A stretch of DNA of 64,000 nt, taken from assembly GCF_006345805.1 (NCBI RefSeq), contig NC_043009.1, positions 63,860,001 to 63,924,000 of the forward strand, written 5' to 3'. Of this stretch, positions 23,063 through 35,467 are shown piece by piece (position 1 is the stretch's first letter; each line of letters starts with the position of its first letter). The position numbers and the translations under genes are program-made. Origin of the DNA: Octopus sinensis (taxonomy: Eukaryota). Under the pieces are notes generated by a model. That model saw only the letters and a list, made by a program, of their open reading frames with translations. It was not told the DNA's origin and ran no database searches.

Positions 23063-23176
23063 GAACCATTAGCACACCAGACGAAATACTTAGCAACATT
23101 TCTTTAGACTCTTTGCAAATGTGAATTCAAATGCCACTGAAATCAACTTTGCCACTCATTCTTCCATATTCAAAAC

Positions 23177-23301
23177 TACCATATGCAATGGTACCATATG
23201 CCATAGTACCATAAGCAATGGTACCATATGCAATAGTACCATGAGCAATGGTATCATATGCAATGGTACCACATGCAGTGGTACCATATGCAGTGGTACC
23301 A
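23177..23301. repeat. 15-bp minisatellite ATGGTACCATATGCA, about 8 units
   Basis: Direct reading. Confidence 0.9.
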
Positions 23302-23434
23302 GTTGAGTACTAAGGTTGATGAAACCAGCCAAGCCATTCCCCTCAAAATTGCTTACCTTGAACCAAATTTAGAAAGAAATATTTATGTACCAAAATCTGT
23401 AAAATGTCAATGTGATTTTCTTCACAGTTATTAT

Positions 23435-23825
23435 TCTTTTCTATCCTAGGCACAGTCAATTAGTAGGGGGCCAGTCAATTAGATCGACCCCAGTATGCAA
23501 CTGGTTCTTAATTTATCAACCCTGAAAGGATGAAAGGCAAAGTTGACCTTGGCAGAATTTGAACTCAGGACATAAAGACAGACTAAATGCCTATTTCTTT
23601 ACTACTCACAAGGGGCTACACACAGAGGGAACAAACAAGGACAGACAAACGGATTGAGTCGATTATATCGACCCCTGTGCGTAACTGGTACTTAATTTAT
23701 CGGCCCCGAAAGGATGAAAGGCAAAGTTGACCTCGGCGGAATTTGAACTCAGAACATAATGGCAGATGAAATACCGCTAAGCATTTCGCCCGGCGTGCTA
23801 ACGTTTCTGCCAGCTCACTGCCTCC
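23435..23825 (-). mobile_element. SINE-D dimer (D1 unit followed by D2-tailed unit)
   Basis: Junction at 23590/23591 (CTAAATGC|CTATTTCTTTACT). Confidence 0.85.
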
Positions 23826-24057
23826 TTCACAGTTATTATTGTTTCAGAAATAATTTATAGAGAAACATTTTTAGTGACTGTTCCATGTTCTTTGTATACA
23901 GGAAACCATACTACATGATGCTGCAGAGACACAGAAGATTGGTTTTTGTTTTGTGTGTTTGTTTTTAATAATAATTTGGACTGGTGGAAGTGTCGGTCCT
24001 CTTTGCCTTTGCAAAATGCAGCAGAGATTGATTGAAGCCAACATGGTTAATGTTCTT

Positions 24058-24535
24058 GAGTGGTTGTGTGGTAAGTAGCTTGCTTACCAACCACATGGTT
24101 CTGGGTTCCGTCCTACTGCGTGGCACCTTCGGCAGGTGTCTTCTACTATAGCCTCAGGCCGACCAAACCCTTGTGAGTGGATTTGGTAGACAGAAACTGA
24201 AAGAAGCTCATCAAATATGTGTGTGTGTGTGTGTGTGGTGTGTGTGTGTGTGTGGTGTGTGTGCGTGCGTGCGTGTGTGTGTGTGTGTATAAGTTTGTGT
24301 GTGTGTGTGTGTGTGTATAAGTTTGTGTGTCTGTGTTTGTCCCCCCAATATCGCTTGACAACTGATGCTGGAGTGTTTACATCCTTGTAACTTAGCAGTT
24401 CAGCAAAAGAGATCAATAGAATAAGTACTAGGCTTACACAGAAAAAATCCTAGGATCGATTTGCTCGACTAAAGGCAGTGCTCCATCATGGCCTCAGTCA
24501 AATGACTGAAACAAGTAAAAGAGTAAAAGAGTAAA
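24058..24535 (+). mobile_element. Full-length SINE-C
   Basis: As 12098-12500; tail (GTAAAAGA)n. Confidence 0.9.
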
Positions 24536-24818
24536 GAGTATAAAACATGGGCAGCAGGAAAGAAATTTCAGGGAAACCAAGTTTTCTGAGAAGAGAAGAG
24601 ACTAAAAGAGTGGCAGTTGGTGCAGCGTTCGGAGGAGGACCAAAGTAAATGTGAATTGGGGAGACATGAGGGAGTTGGGACTATTTCAGTGGTTGGAATG
24701 ACATGAGTGGGTGCAGCTGTTTGGATGCTGGCAAACTGGGATGGCTGGCTGGACATGGGACCCTGGTTTGGTTACAGTACTTTATGACACTGGAAGCAAA
24801 CACATACACACACACGCA

Positions 24819-24896
<78 letters not shown>

Positions 24897-25315
24897 GGCA
24901 TGTGTAGACATGCAGAAATATACACATACAGGTAGAGTGAGAGAAAGATAGAGTTCGGGGGTGGCAGAGAGATTACATTCTATTAGTTGGACACAATTGA
25001 TATTAAAACCTTTCCTCTCTTCAGACAGGAAGATAAATGTTCTCACACTCATAAACAGTGAGAGAGAGGCAGGAGAGAGAGAGGAAGGGAGAGGAAGAGG
25101 GAAAGATAGGGAGAGAGGGGGAGAGAGAGAGAGAAAGAGGGAGAGATAGGGAGAGAGGGGTTAGCAGAGAATGAAAGAAACATTAAAATGTCAGATGTCA
25201 AATAGGCCATCATCAAATCAATGATACAAAATGGGTGGCACCAAAACAGCTGTGCCAGAACATCTCATACCCTGAAATGATACAAGACCAGCAGACTCAA
25301 AGGAAGCAAACTTAA

Positions 25316-25536
25316 CCCTTTCATTCCTGTATTTCTGTTGAGATGCTCTGTGTTTCTTTCAATTACTTTAAATATAACAAAGAATTTAGTAAAACAACTT
25401 AGTTATCATTCAGCTAGTGTTAAGAACATAAATTGTGACTAAGGCTTGGTGGAAGATTTTATTTCAGAACTTTTGAAAACAAGACATTTGTACTACAGAG
25501 CCAGAGGCAGTTTCAGCTGGGTTGGTAACAAAAGGG
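25316..25536 (+). mobile_element. piggyBac-like MITE copy 1
   Basis: TTAA|CCCTTT...AAAGGG|TTAA. Confidence 0.8.
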
Positions 25537-25567
25537 TTAAGAATGGTTTCTCTATTATATATTTTAA

Positions 25568-25789
25568 CCCTTTTGTTACCATTATTTCTGTTGAGATGCT
25601 CTATGTTTCTTTCAATTAATTTCAAATATAACAAATAATTTAGTAAAATAACTTAGTTATCATTAAGCTAGTGTTGGGAAAATAAGTTGTGACTAAAGTT
25701 TGGTGGAAGATTCTAATTCAAAACTTATGAAAACAAGACATTTGTAATCAGAGCCAGAGTTGGTTTCAGCCGGGTTGGTATCGAAAGGG
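25568..25789 (+). mobile_element. piggyBac-like MITE copy 2
   Basis: TTAA|CCCTTTTGTTACC...GGTATCGAAAGGG|TTAA; same internal sequence as copy 1. Confidence 0.8.
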
Positions 25790-26104
25790 TTAAAATAACT
25801 GGCACTCCATCAGTTAAGACAGCGAAGTTTCTAATTGATCCGCCTTAATTTATAATTAAATATTATTAGAAACTGTATTAAAAAATCGTTAATGTATTTT
25901 GTGGATTGTAGAAATACAACCAGTTTATTGCAGATAAATTTTAACAACAAAATCTTATATGGACCCTTAAGGGTCGTGTGAGCCCTGGTAGAGAACCTTT
26001 GGTCTGAAATAAAACATCTAAAACCAAGAAATGTTTGGAACTTACTTGAATCAATAAACTTGATACTGTTTCCACAGTACTCCGGTAGAACTACAAGAGT
26101 TTTG

Positions 26105-26118
26105 GTTGCTATAGCGAC
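26105..26118. promoter_or_regulatory. RFX X-box-like motif
   Basis: GTTGCTATAGCGAC. Confidence 0.3.
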
Positions 26119-26754
26119 AAGGAGTTTATTTCCAACTCACTCGAGATGCTGTGATCAATAATCTGAAATAAAAAGATAGATTAGCAAGTGTTTAAAGTTG
26201 AATTGAAAATGTGAATAAAAACAAATGAGATTAACTCAAGTGATTATGTAGGATTAATCGGAGATTTGTGTCAAATGACTTTAAACAAGTTTGTTTTGTT
26301 TGTGTAGTTGTTTATCAGCTTGTCTTGTTGGCTTTCTCTAATCTAAAAGGGATTAAGAAGGGGTCAGATGCTTAATGTTTTTAATTTGAATTGATCTTAA
26401 CATAAAGCCACCTGGTTTTCTTATTTTCCATTGTTTTGTCTCTAAATACACAGAAAAACACTTCATTAGTGTGCGTATGTGCTTGTATGGGTTTATGACT
26501 AGGTTTGTGTCTGTTTATGACTGTTTGTGTCTGTGTGTGTGTGGCTGTGTGTGTGTGTGTGTGTGTGTGTGTGGCTGTGTGATTGTGTACACATCGTGGG
26601 GGTTGCGTGTTAATATGTCGGTGTGACTGTGTTTGGACATCATTAGGATGGTGTAATGAGTGTATGCGTTTGTGTGTGTGTGTGTGTTGTGTGTGTGTGT
26701 GTATGTATATGTATATATGTATATGTATATATGTATATATATATATATACATTT

Positions 26755-26790
<36 letters not shown>

Positions 26791-27729
26791 TATGTATATA
26801 TATGTATGTATGTGTATATATATATGTATATGTATGTATATATACATATATATATATGTGCATGTATGTATATATATATTCCAGGGATCTAATGCGCTTG
26901 GCTTAGATTTCCCTTGGCGGGCTGGCCATATCGGAGCAATCTCAAGATTAATCAGCCGAAATTGCTAAGATGATCTGGTCTTGACTGATGACTGAGGGCT
27001 TCGAATGTCCCGTCCTGTGGTTCTTGTGTCGTCTCTGTGGATTCATGTCTTGTCCATGTCTGTAATTAATTTTACTGTTTACCTATATATATATATATAT
27101 ATATTTATATATACATATATAAATATATTTATACATTTGTATATGTGAGTAATCTAAGTATATCATGAAGGTGTTTGTTCAATCCTATCAACTTCCCCTC
27201 AGCTACAAGTGAACAGGTTGAGGCCTTCAACACCCCCACCAGCTCCACCAGCGCCACCAGTCCCACCAGCACCCCCCCCCCGCAGCATCGTCGGCACCGC
27301 CAACGCCACCACAAGGCTTTTCTATTAATTTCCTGTCCAAAAAGTGTATCAAATGTTTCGCTGAGGAATCAAGGAAATTGAATTATTAACCAATGGCTGA
27401 ATTATTGATTCGGTTTGGGAATCAATGAAGCAGAAATGCTAATATATGTCTAGGTGGAGAAGATAAGGGATGGACGGACGGTGGGGGCGGGGGGGGGGCA
27501 GGGCGAAGAAAAAAGGTGTGGGTGTGTAAGACAAATAGGAGCTTAGTGACCTGAGGGGGCGGGGGCTAAGATCTTTTGATGTGAGTAAATAGTATAAGTG
27601 TTATGTGTGTGTGGGCATGAGTGGAGTGCCCCTCTGTTTGTGTACATGATCACTTCATGTATGTGAGAGTGTGTGTGTGTGTGTGTATGAATACATATAT
27701 ATTTGGTCATGCGTTTGTATATAAGTTTG

Positions 27730-28020
27730 TATGTATGTATGTAGTTATGTGTGTATGTATGTATGTATGTATGTATGTATGTATGTAGTTATGTATGTAT
27801 GTATGTATGTATGTATGTATGTATGTGTGTGTGTATGTATGTATTTATGTATGTATGTAGTTATGTATGTATGTATGTATTTATGTATGTATGTATGTAT
27901 GTATGTATGTATGTATGTATGTATGTATGCATGTATGTATGTATGTATGTATGTATGTATGTATTTATGTATTATGTATTTATATATGTATGCATGCCTG
28001 TATCTATGTATGTATGAATA
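27730..28020. repeat. (TATG)n microsatellite
   Basis: Direct reading. Confidence 0.95.
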
Positions 28021-28514
28021 CATATATATTGGGGGGGGGTTGTATATAAGTTCGTATATATGTGTATATGTGTGTGTGTATGTATAGAAAGTGGTTTCAT
28101 TTGTTTTGTTTTGGTTCCTAAAATAGTATACAGCGTTTGATACACACTTCAGGGTAAAATTCTGCGGACTATTAATACATGCACACAGATTCAAGCATAT
28201 ATGTATGTATGTTATACACAGACAGACACATACACACAAGTGTTGTGTGTGTGTGCATATGTGTGTGCGTGTGTGCGTGTGTTTCGGTCTATTCCTGAGT
28301 TAGCATTTACATCAGACTAAAAAACTTGTTGCCAATTCCGTCTTTCTTTGACTTGTAACTGTCTGACAAGTAGAGTTCCAGTGAACACAGTAAAACCATC
28401 CAATGCTAAGTCATGTGAGGACCTTTAGGCTTAAACTGGGATCTGACTTCAGGTTGGTCAATAAAGTATTCTGGCAAACCGAATGCTCAGATGTTTATCT
28501 TCAAGTAAATCTTT

Positions 28515-29078
28515 TACGAAAATGAGTCAAAAAGTAATGCCATTTTGCTTAGCACAGGTATAATTACCAACACAGGAACATGTATCATACATCAAAATGA
28601 AGCTGGTCTTCTGTGGATCACATCCCTACTCCTCAACATAGTCACTGTTTCTCTCAATAGCAATATTCCACCTTCCAATGAGAGCATGTATCCCTGCCCC
28701 GTAAAATTCTGTTGACTGTTCTTTGAGCCACTTCTTCACTACAGTTTTTACTTCCTCGTCACTGGAATAATTTAGCACTTCAGACAATCATCTCTTCGGT
28801 GCCACAAAAGAGGGTTTGAGAGGCAAGCATTATTCCAGTGACAAGGAAGTGAAAACTGTAGTGAAGAAGTGACTCAAAGAACAGTCAATAGAATTTTAAG
28901 GGGCGGGATACATGCTCTCATTCAAAGGTGGAACATTGCTATTGAGAGAAACGGTGTTGAGAAGTAGGGATGTGATCCACAGAGGACCAACTTCATTTTG
29001 ATGCATGATACATGTTCCTGGTTTGGTAATTATACCTGTCCTAAACAAAATGGCATTATTTTTTGACTCACCCTCGTA
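28515..29078. mobile_element. Fold-back mariner derivative (both arms from the 3' end)
   Basis: TIR TACGA(GGG)TGAGTCAAAAAGTAATGCC at both ends; about 250-bp arms; right arm encodes a transposase C-terminus remnant (HLFG...LRGKHYSSDKEVKTVVKK). Confidence 0.85.
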
Positions 29079-29084
29079 ATATAA

Positions 29085-29680
29085 GTGTGTTTGACTTCAA
29101 CAGGGGTGCATATTGTCCCCTCTACTTTTCATCATTTTTGGGAACTGGATTGACATGCACAGCTGTTGTGGAAGTGGCATCAGAATCGATGAGTGTAGGA
29201 TGAGTCATCTGATATTTGCAGACAACATAATGCTACCTGACTCATCAGGAAATGGTCTCCAGCCTCCACTGAATGGCTTTGCTGCTGAATGCTGTAAGGC
29301 AGGGATGATATATAGAATCAAGAAAACCAGGGCATTGGTCCTCATAAGAAAATCTTCCCAGTGAATTCGGCAGATTAGTGGATCATCACTGAAACAAGTG
29401 AAGTTTAAGTAATTTGGAGTCATATTCACAAGCAATGAGAATTGGAGTCTAGAATCGCAGGGGTTGGTACAGTGATGTGCTACCCCCAGCATTCGATCTT
29501 CAGAAGAGGAGGGGTTGGGGAAAAAAAAAGCCAAACTTGATTATCTTCAATTTGATTTCTGTGCCTGTCCTCAATTATGGTCCTGAATGTTGGATAATGA
29601 ATGAAAGAATATGATGGTGAATGCAAGGGGCCAAAATGGGATTCCTCTGAAGGATTACTTAATAGGGTGCATAGCTCAGA
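29085..29680 (+). mobile_element. Decayed RTE RT fragment
   Basis: LSPLLFIIFGNWID...SHLIFADNIML; paralog of 9440-10030. Confidence 0.8.
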
Positions 29681-30249
29681 GACTTGCTTGAGCCATTTCT
29701 TTTCTACAGCCATTACTTCTCATAGCTTCAGTACTGTGAATGTCACAGGAAAGAACCACAAGACAGATTCTTCAAACCAAATCAACTGCCAGGAGACCAT
29801 GAGGTGGACTAAGAACAAAAGGGTTAAAAGCTGATAATCATCGTTTCAGTTGGTCACACTTAGGAATCCAAATGGGAGGTCTAATGGTGGTTGCTCCTGA
29901 TAGGACCCTATGGAAGGTATGCTGAGGACTCTAGTCCCATAAACTCCAACAAATGAATGGATAGATGGATGGATGGATATATATGTTTGAGTGTGTGTGT
30001 GTGTATGTATGGAGTTTGTGGAAGAGAGAGATCCAGGAAGACTTAGGACCTTGAACCTCACAGAGGAGATAGCAAGGGACCAGAGGACTGGCAATGTGCA
30101 ATACTCAAGAAATCCTGCCCACCTCACAATTCTGCAAGCGCAATGTATATATATATATACATATATATATGCATGTATGTATGTATGTATGTATGTATGT
30201 ATGTATGTATGTATGTATGTATGTATATGTGTGTGTGTATATATATATC

Positions 30250-30282
<33 letters not shown>

Positions 30283-30739
30283 TATATACACATATATATA
30301 TTATATATCTTAAATCTGTTTATGATAATGCTTAAATGTTTATATATGTTTATAAATTCCATTCTTTGATTAATGTTATTATTATTATTATTACATATAT
30401 GCCAGCATAGAAGGAGGATGTTAAATGATGATGATGACGATGACGACGATGACGACGACGATGATGATGATGTATAAGTAGTAGTAGTAGTAGTGGGGGG
30501 TGTCATGTGCAGTAACAGCGTGTCGCTGCCTCCACCGTTTGTTGGTGATTCCCTACTACCCCTGGCGGATGATACTTTGCACCACACAGGCAACAACTCA
30601 CCAAGCCAGGAATCTGGAGAGGGTCTTCAACGAAGTTGGAGTGCAAATCCCTCCTCAACCTCTTTTGGTCACCTTTTACAACACACAGAGGAAAGGGGGT
30701 CTATTTTTTGACATGCCAGTCCCCACATAGCATTAGAGC

Positions 30740-30860
30740 AATCTGAAATGAAGTGTTTTGCTCAAAAACACAACACACCACCCGGACCAGGAATCAAACC
30801 CACAGTCTGGTAGTTGTGAATGCAACACCCAAACCACTGTGTATGTATGTGCGCACCTGG
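30740..30860 (-). mobile_element. SINE-B 5' fragment
   Basis: TGAAATGAAGTGTTTTGCTCAA...CCAGGAATCAAACCC. Confidence 0.7.
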
Positions 30861-30949
30861 ACTCCTTGTCCAGTTTCCTCCTCAAGCCATTCCCACCACT
30901 AATGATTTTTCTAATTTCGCTGCCCTAATTAAATGTGGGCAAAATTCTT

Positions 30950-31358
30950 ATTTGGTTATTGCCCTCAAGGGGCTAAACATAGAGGGGACAAACAAGGACA
31001 GACAAAGGGATTAAGTCGATTACATCGACCCCAGAGCATAACTGGTACTTAATTTATCGACCCCAAAAGAATGAAAGCAAAGTCGACATCGGCGAAATTT
31101 GAACTCAGAACATAACAGCAGATGAAATACCTATTTCTTTACTGCCCACAAGGGGCTAAACACAGAAGGGACAAACAAGGACAGACAAACGGAATAAGTC
31201 GATTATATTGACCCCAGTGTGCAACTGGTACTTAATTTATCGACCCCGAAAGGATGAAAGGCAAAGTTGACCTCGGCGGAATTTGAACTCAGAACGTAAT
31301 GGCAGATGAAATAACGCTAAGCATTTCATCCGACATGCTAACGTTTCTACCAGCTTGC
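30950..31358 (-). mobile_element. SINE-D dimer
   Basis: Junction GATGAAATAC|CTATTTCTTTACT at 31130/31131. Confidence 0.9.
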
Positions 31359-31469
31359 CGGCTTCTATATGAGCAGAATTCTGCATTGGAGCATTATACA
31401 TCCCTCCTGACCCATCAGATCCTGCCAAGCTGTCCAATTCATGCCAGCAGGGAAGATGGACATTAAAAG

Positions 31470-31820
31470 ATGATGGTCTGTCAATGTTTTAAAGGTGTGA
31501 AGTGTTTTGGGTTGTGCAGGAAGACATAGGTACACTTGCACTCAATGATTCTGAAAAGAAAGCAGGATGGGAAAGCAATTATGAAAGGTTGCTTAATGAG
31601 GAGAACGAATGGGACAAAGAGAGTTTTTCTAATGTGAACCTGACAGAGGGTCCAGCCATTCCTGTTGGCAATGGTGTGATAGACAATGCAATTAAGAATA
31701 TAAAGACAAAGAAAGCCCCCGGGCTCAACAGGAATTACTGCTGAGATGCTTAAAATACCTGGCAAACCATGATATAGCTTATTCACTTAAATGGTTAATC
31801 AAGTGGTACAGAAGGTAAAC
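31470..31820 (+). mobile_element. RTE LINE fragment (RT domain 0)
   Basis: YERLLNEENEWD...EGPAI...AIKNIKTKKAPG. Confidence 0.8.
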
Positions 31821-31889
31821 TCACCTTTTACCTATTCCATTCCTCTATTCTATTCTGTCATTCATATTCACTTCATACTGTGACCTCAC

Positions 31890-31993
<104 letters not shown>

Positions 31994-32258
31994 CAGATGG
32001 AGAAACCATGTATTCAGCCCTTCGGCAAGACACTTACTTCTGTCCCTCTGTCATACTTTTATATCCCCCAATACTATACCGCCACTCAGTTTAGGAATCT
32101 TGTCTTACAAATATTTGGTGACCCCCACCTGTGGTAGTGCCATGAAAAATACACCCAGTGCACTACATTAAGGGGCTGGCATTAGGAAGGGCATCCAGCC
32201 ATAGAAACCATACCAAAGCAGACACTGGAGCTCAAGGTATGAATATACATATATATAT

Positions 32259-32421
32259 AATTATAGTGGGGTAGGCCGATTTATGGGGTTACCCTGGATA
32301 AAGCCCTTATAAAAAAGAAACCCAGGGTAACCCTATAAACCAGCTTACCCCAATATGATTTTAACTGCTTTACATCTTAGAGTGTGCTTCTCCTCCAGAT
32401 TTATATATTTCTACAAACAAT
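32259..32421. mobile_element. Internally deleted copy of the 12501 fold-back element
   Basis: GGGGTAGGCCGATTTATGGGGTTACCCTGG...CCAGGGTAACCCTATAAACCAGCTTACCCC plus CTGCTTTACATCTTAGAGTGTGCTTCT tail. Confidence 0.7.
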
Positions 32422-32442
32422 GTGTGTGTGTGTATATATAGG

Positions 32443-32491
<49 letters not shown>

Positions 32492-32518
32492 ATATATATA
32501 TATATATATATATTTGAA

Positions 32519-32562
<44 letters not shown>

Positions 32563-32581
32563 ATTACATATATATATATAT

Positions 32582-32613
<32 letters not shown>

Positions 32614-32744
32614 TGTATATATATATATATATTATATATATATATATATATATATTATGTATGTATATGTATATGTATGTATGTATTATATATATATATA
32701 TTATATATATATATAATATATATATATATTATATATATATATAT

Positions 32745-32915
32745 ACACTCTCGGAGCTGTTGGCATTAGGAAGGGCGTCCAGCTGTAGAAACTCTGCCAA
32801 TCAAGATTGGAGCCCGGTGCAGCCATCTGGCTCACCAGCCCTCAGTCAAAATCGTCCAACCCATGCTAGCATGGAAAGCAGACGTTAAACGATGATGATG
32901 ATGATGATGATGATA
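32745..32915 (+). mobile_element. RTE 3' UTR fragment
   Basis: GGCATTAGGAAGGGCGTCCAGC...GCATGGAAAGCAGACGTTAAACGATGATG. Confidence 0.85.
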
Positions 32916-33136
32916 CGCATATATAGATAGATGGATAGATTGACTGATAAACAGAGAAATAAGCAGGCAGGCAGACAGACTGACAGACAGGTAAGTCAAT
33001 AGATAGGGTGGTAGAAAGGTGGATGTACGTTAGTGAGTATATGTCTTTGTATATGAGTGTGTGCATGTTTATGCACGTGTGTGCGTGCGTGTGTGCGTGC
33101 GTGTGTGTGTGTGTGTGTGTGTGTGGAATACATCAC

Positions 33137-33257
33137 CTGAAGACAGTGGGAGAACAAACCAAGTGAAACATGATGCTGTAACACAAAACATGAGGTTCTG
33201 CTGTGTAGGTGAGTGTTGTTGATGTTGGTTGTAAGTTCAATGGTGACTTCTTTGAGA
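33137..33257 (-). other. Candidate 121-nt exon
   Basis: Minus-strand TCTCTCTCGGTTTCCAG acceptor, CAG|GTGATG donor, two frames open; unique island between microsatellites. Confidence 0.3.
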
Positions 33258-33269
33258 CTGGAAACCGAG

Positions 33270-33306
<37 letters not shown>

Positions 33307-33438
33307 TGAACAAAGAGAGAGACAAACAGACAGACAGAGACGGAGAGGGCGGGGAGTTTGGATGTAAGAAGTAAGAACAGAAACACCTCAAGGTTGCTGA
33401 CCAGTCACACGTAAACACACACACATACTTACACATGC

Positions 33439-33482
<44 letters not shown>

Positions 33483-33828
33483 TGTATACATGTTCTTATG
33501 TCCTATATTTCTTACAATAGCTACAGGCATTCTTAGGGGTGAACATAGGGGAAAGGTGAGAGAGAGGGAGAGAGAGAGAGTGATGGAAAGAGGGAAGAGA
33601 GAGAGAGAAAGAGAGAGAATTACAAGAAAGGAAGAACAGAAAGAAGTGGAATAAGAGAAAAACAGTAAAAAAATGTGTAACAGAGAAAGTGTATAAGACA
33701 GAGAAAGGAAGGGAGAGAGGGATATGGGGAGGGGGAGAGGAGCGAGCGGGGAGAGAAGATTGGTGAGAAAGAGGAGAGAAGGAAAGAGGGGGAGAGAGTG
33801 AATGCATGAGACAAAGTGTGAGTGGTAG

Positions 33829-33878
<50 letters not shown>

Positions 33879-34053
33879 AGAAAGAATGTCTAAAATGTAG
33901 AAGTAATTTGTGTAGTTATTTTAATTATTTAAGAACAGAGTTAAGAGGTAACTGGACTTCTTAGTACTACTACTACTACTACTACTACAACAACAACAAC
34001 AACTACTACTACTACTACTACAACAACAACAACAACAACTACTACTACTACTA

Positions 34054-34085
<32 letters not shown>

Positions 34086-34698
34086 GATTGAATAGTACCA
34101 CCTAAGTTGTTATATGCAGTGTGCATGATAGCAATGACAGTGGTGGTGGTGGTGGTTGTGGTGTTGGTGGCAATGGTAGTGGTGGTGCTGGTGGTGGTGC
34201 TGGTGGTAGTGGTGGTTAAGATTGATGGTAGCCATTACAACTTGTGATGTTGTTCTTACTGTTTGTGGTTACTATTGAGTATGATCAACTCTAATCAAGC
34301 AAACTGACAACAAATCTCTCTCTCTCTCTCTCTGACCCTCTCTCTCTCTCTCTCTCTCTTTCACACATTACACACACATATATGTATAGACATATACATA
34401 TACATGCATGTATGCATGCATACATACACACATACATACACACACAGACAGGATGTTCTAAAAATGTATACACACTTTAACAGCTGATAACTTCCTTAAT
34501 TTTCCATTTCTTTTCTGAATTAACCAATTAGAAATAATGAACAGTGACAGACTAAGTCTTGTGCAAAGGAAATCTAATCTAAAGTCTTACTGGAAATTTT
34601 AAATCCCAACTTATCATCAAATTAGAAGTAAGTTTGAAGCAGTTTGAACTGTTCCAAATGTCCACAGGAAACTTTCTAGAAGACCACAGAAATCAACA

Positions 34699-35467
34699 GG
34701 CGGCGAGCTGGCAGAATCGTTAGCACGCCGGGCGAAATGCTTAGTGGTATTTCATTTGTTATTACGTTCTGAGTTCAAATTCCACCAAGGTCGACTTTGC
34801 CTTTCATCCTTTCGGGGTCGAATAAATAAGTACCAGTTATGCACTGGGGTCGATATAATCGATTTAATCCGTTTGTCTGTCCTTGTTTGTCCTCTCTGTG
34901 TTTAGCCCCTTGTGGGCAGTAAAGAAATAGGTATTTCGTCTGCCGTTACGTTCTGAGTTCAAATTCTGCTGAGGTCAACTTTGCCTTTCATCCTTTCGGG
35001 GTTGATAAATTAAGTACCAGTTACGCACTGGGGTCGATATAATCTATTTAATCAGTTTGTCTATCCTTGTGTGTTCTCTCTGTGTTTAGCCCCTTGTGGG
35101 TAGTAAAGAAATAGGTATTTTGTCTGCCGTTACATTCTGAGTTCAAATTCTGCTGAGGTCGACTTTGCCTTTCATCCTTTCGGGGTCGATAAATTAAGTA
35201 CCAGTTACACACTGGGGTCGATATAATCAACTTAATCCGTTTGTCCTCTCTGTGTTTAGCCCCTTGTAGGTAGTAAAGAAATAGGTATTTCGTCTGCCCC
35301 TACGTTCTGAGTTGAAATTCCGCTGAGGTCAACTTCGCATTTCATCCTTTCGGGGTCGATTAAATAAGTACCAGTTACGCACTGGTGTCGATATAATCGA
35401 CTTAATCCGTTTGTCTGTCTTTGTTTGTCCCCTCTGTGTGTAGCCCCTTGTGGGCAGTAAAGAAATA
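34699..35467 (+). mobile_element. SINE-D tetramer flanked by an 11-bp TSD
   Basis: One head plus headless units starting 34931, 35115 and 35285; TSD AGAAATCAACA at 34688-34698 and 35468-35478. Confidence 0.9.

Noticed and set aside
34931-35467. CRISPR-like or ribozyme (retrozyme) interpretation of SINE-D arrays
   Set aside because: Units are about 180-bp whole repeats without unique spacers, and no hammerhead core (CUGANGA...GAAA) is found on either strand.
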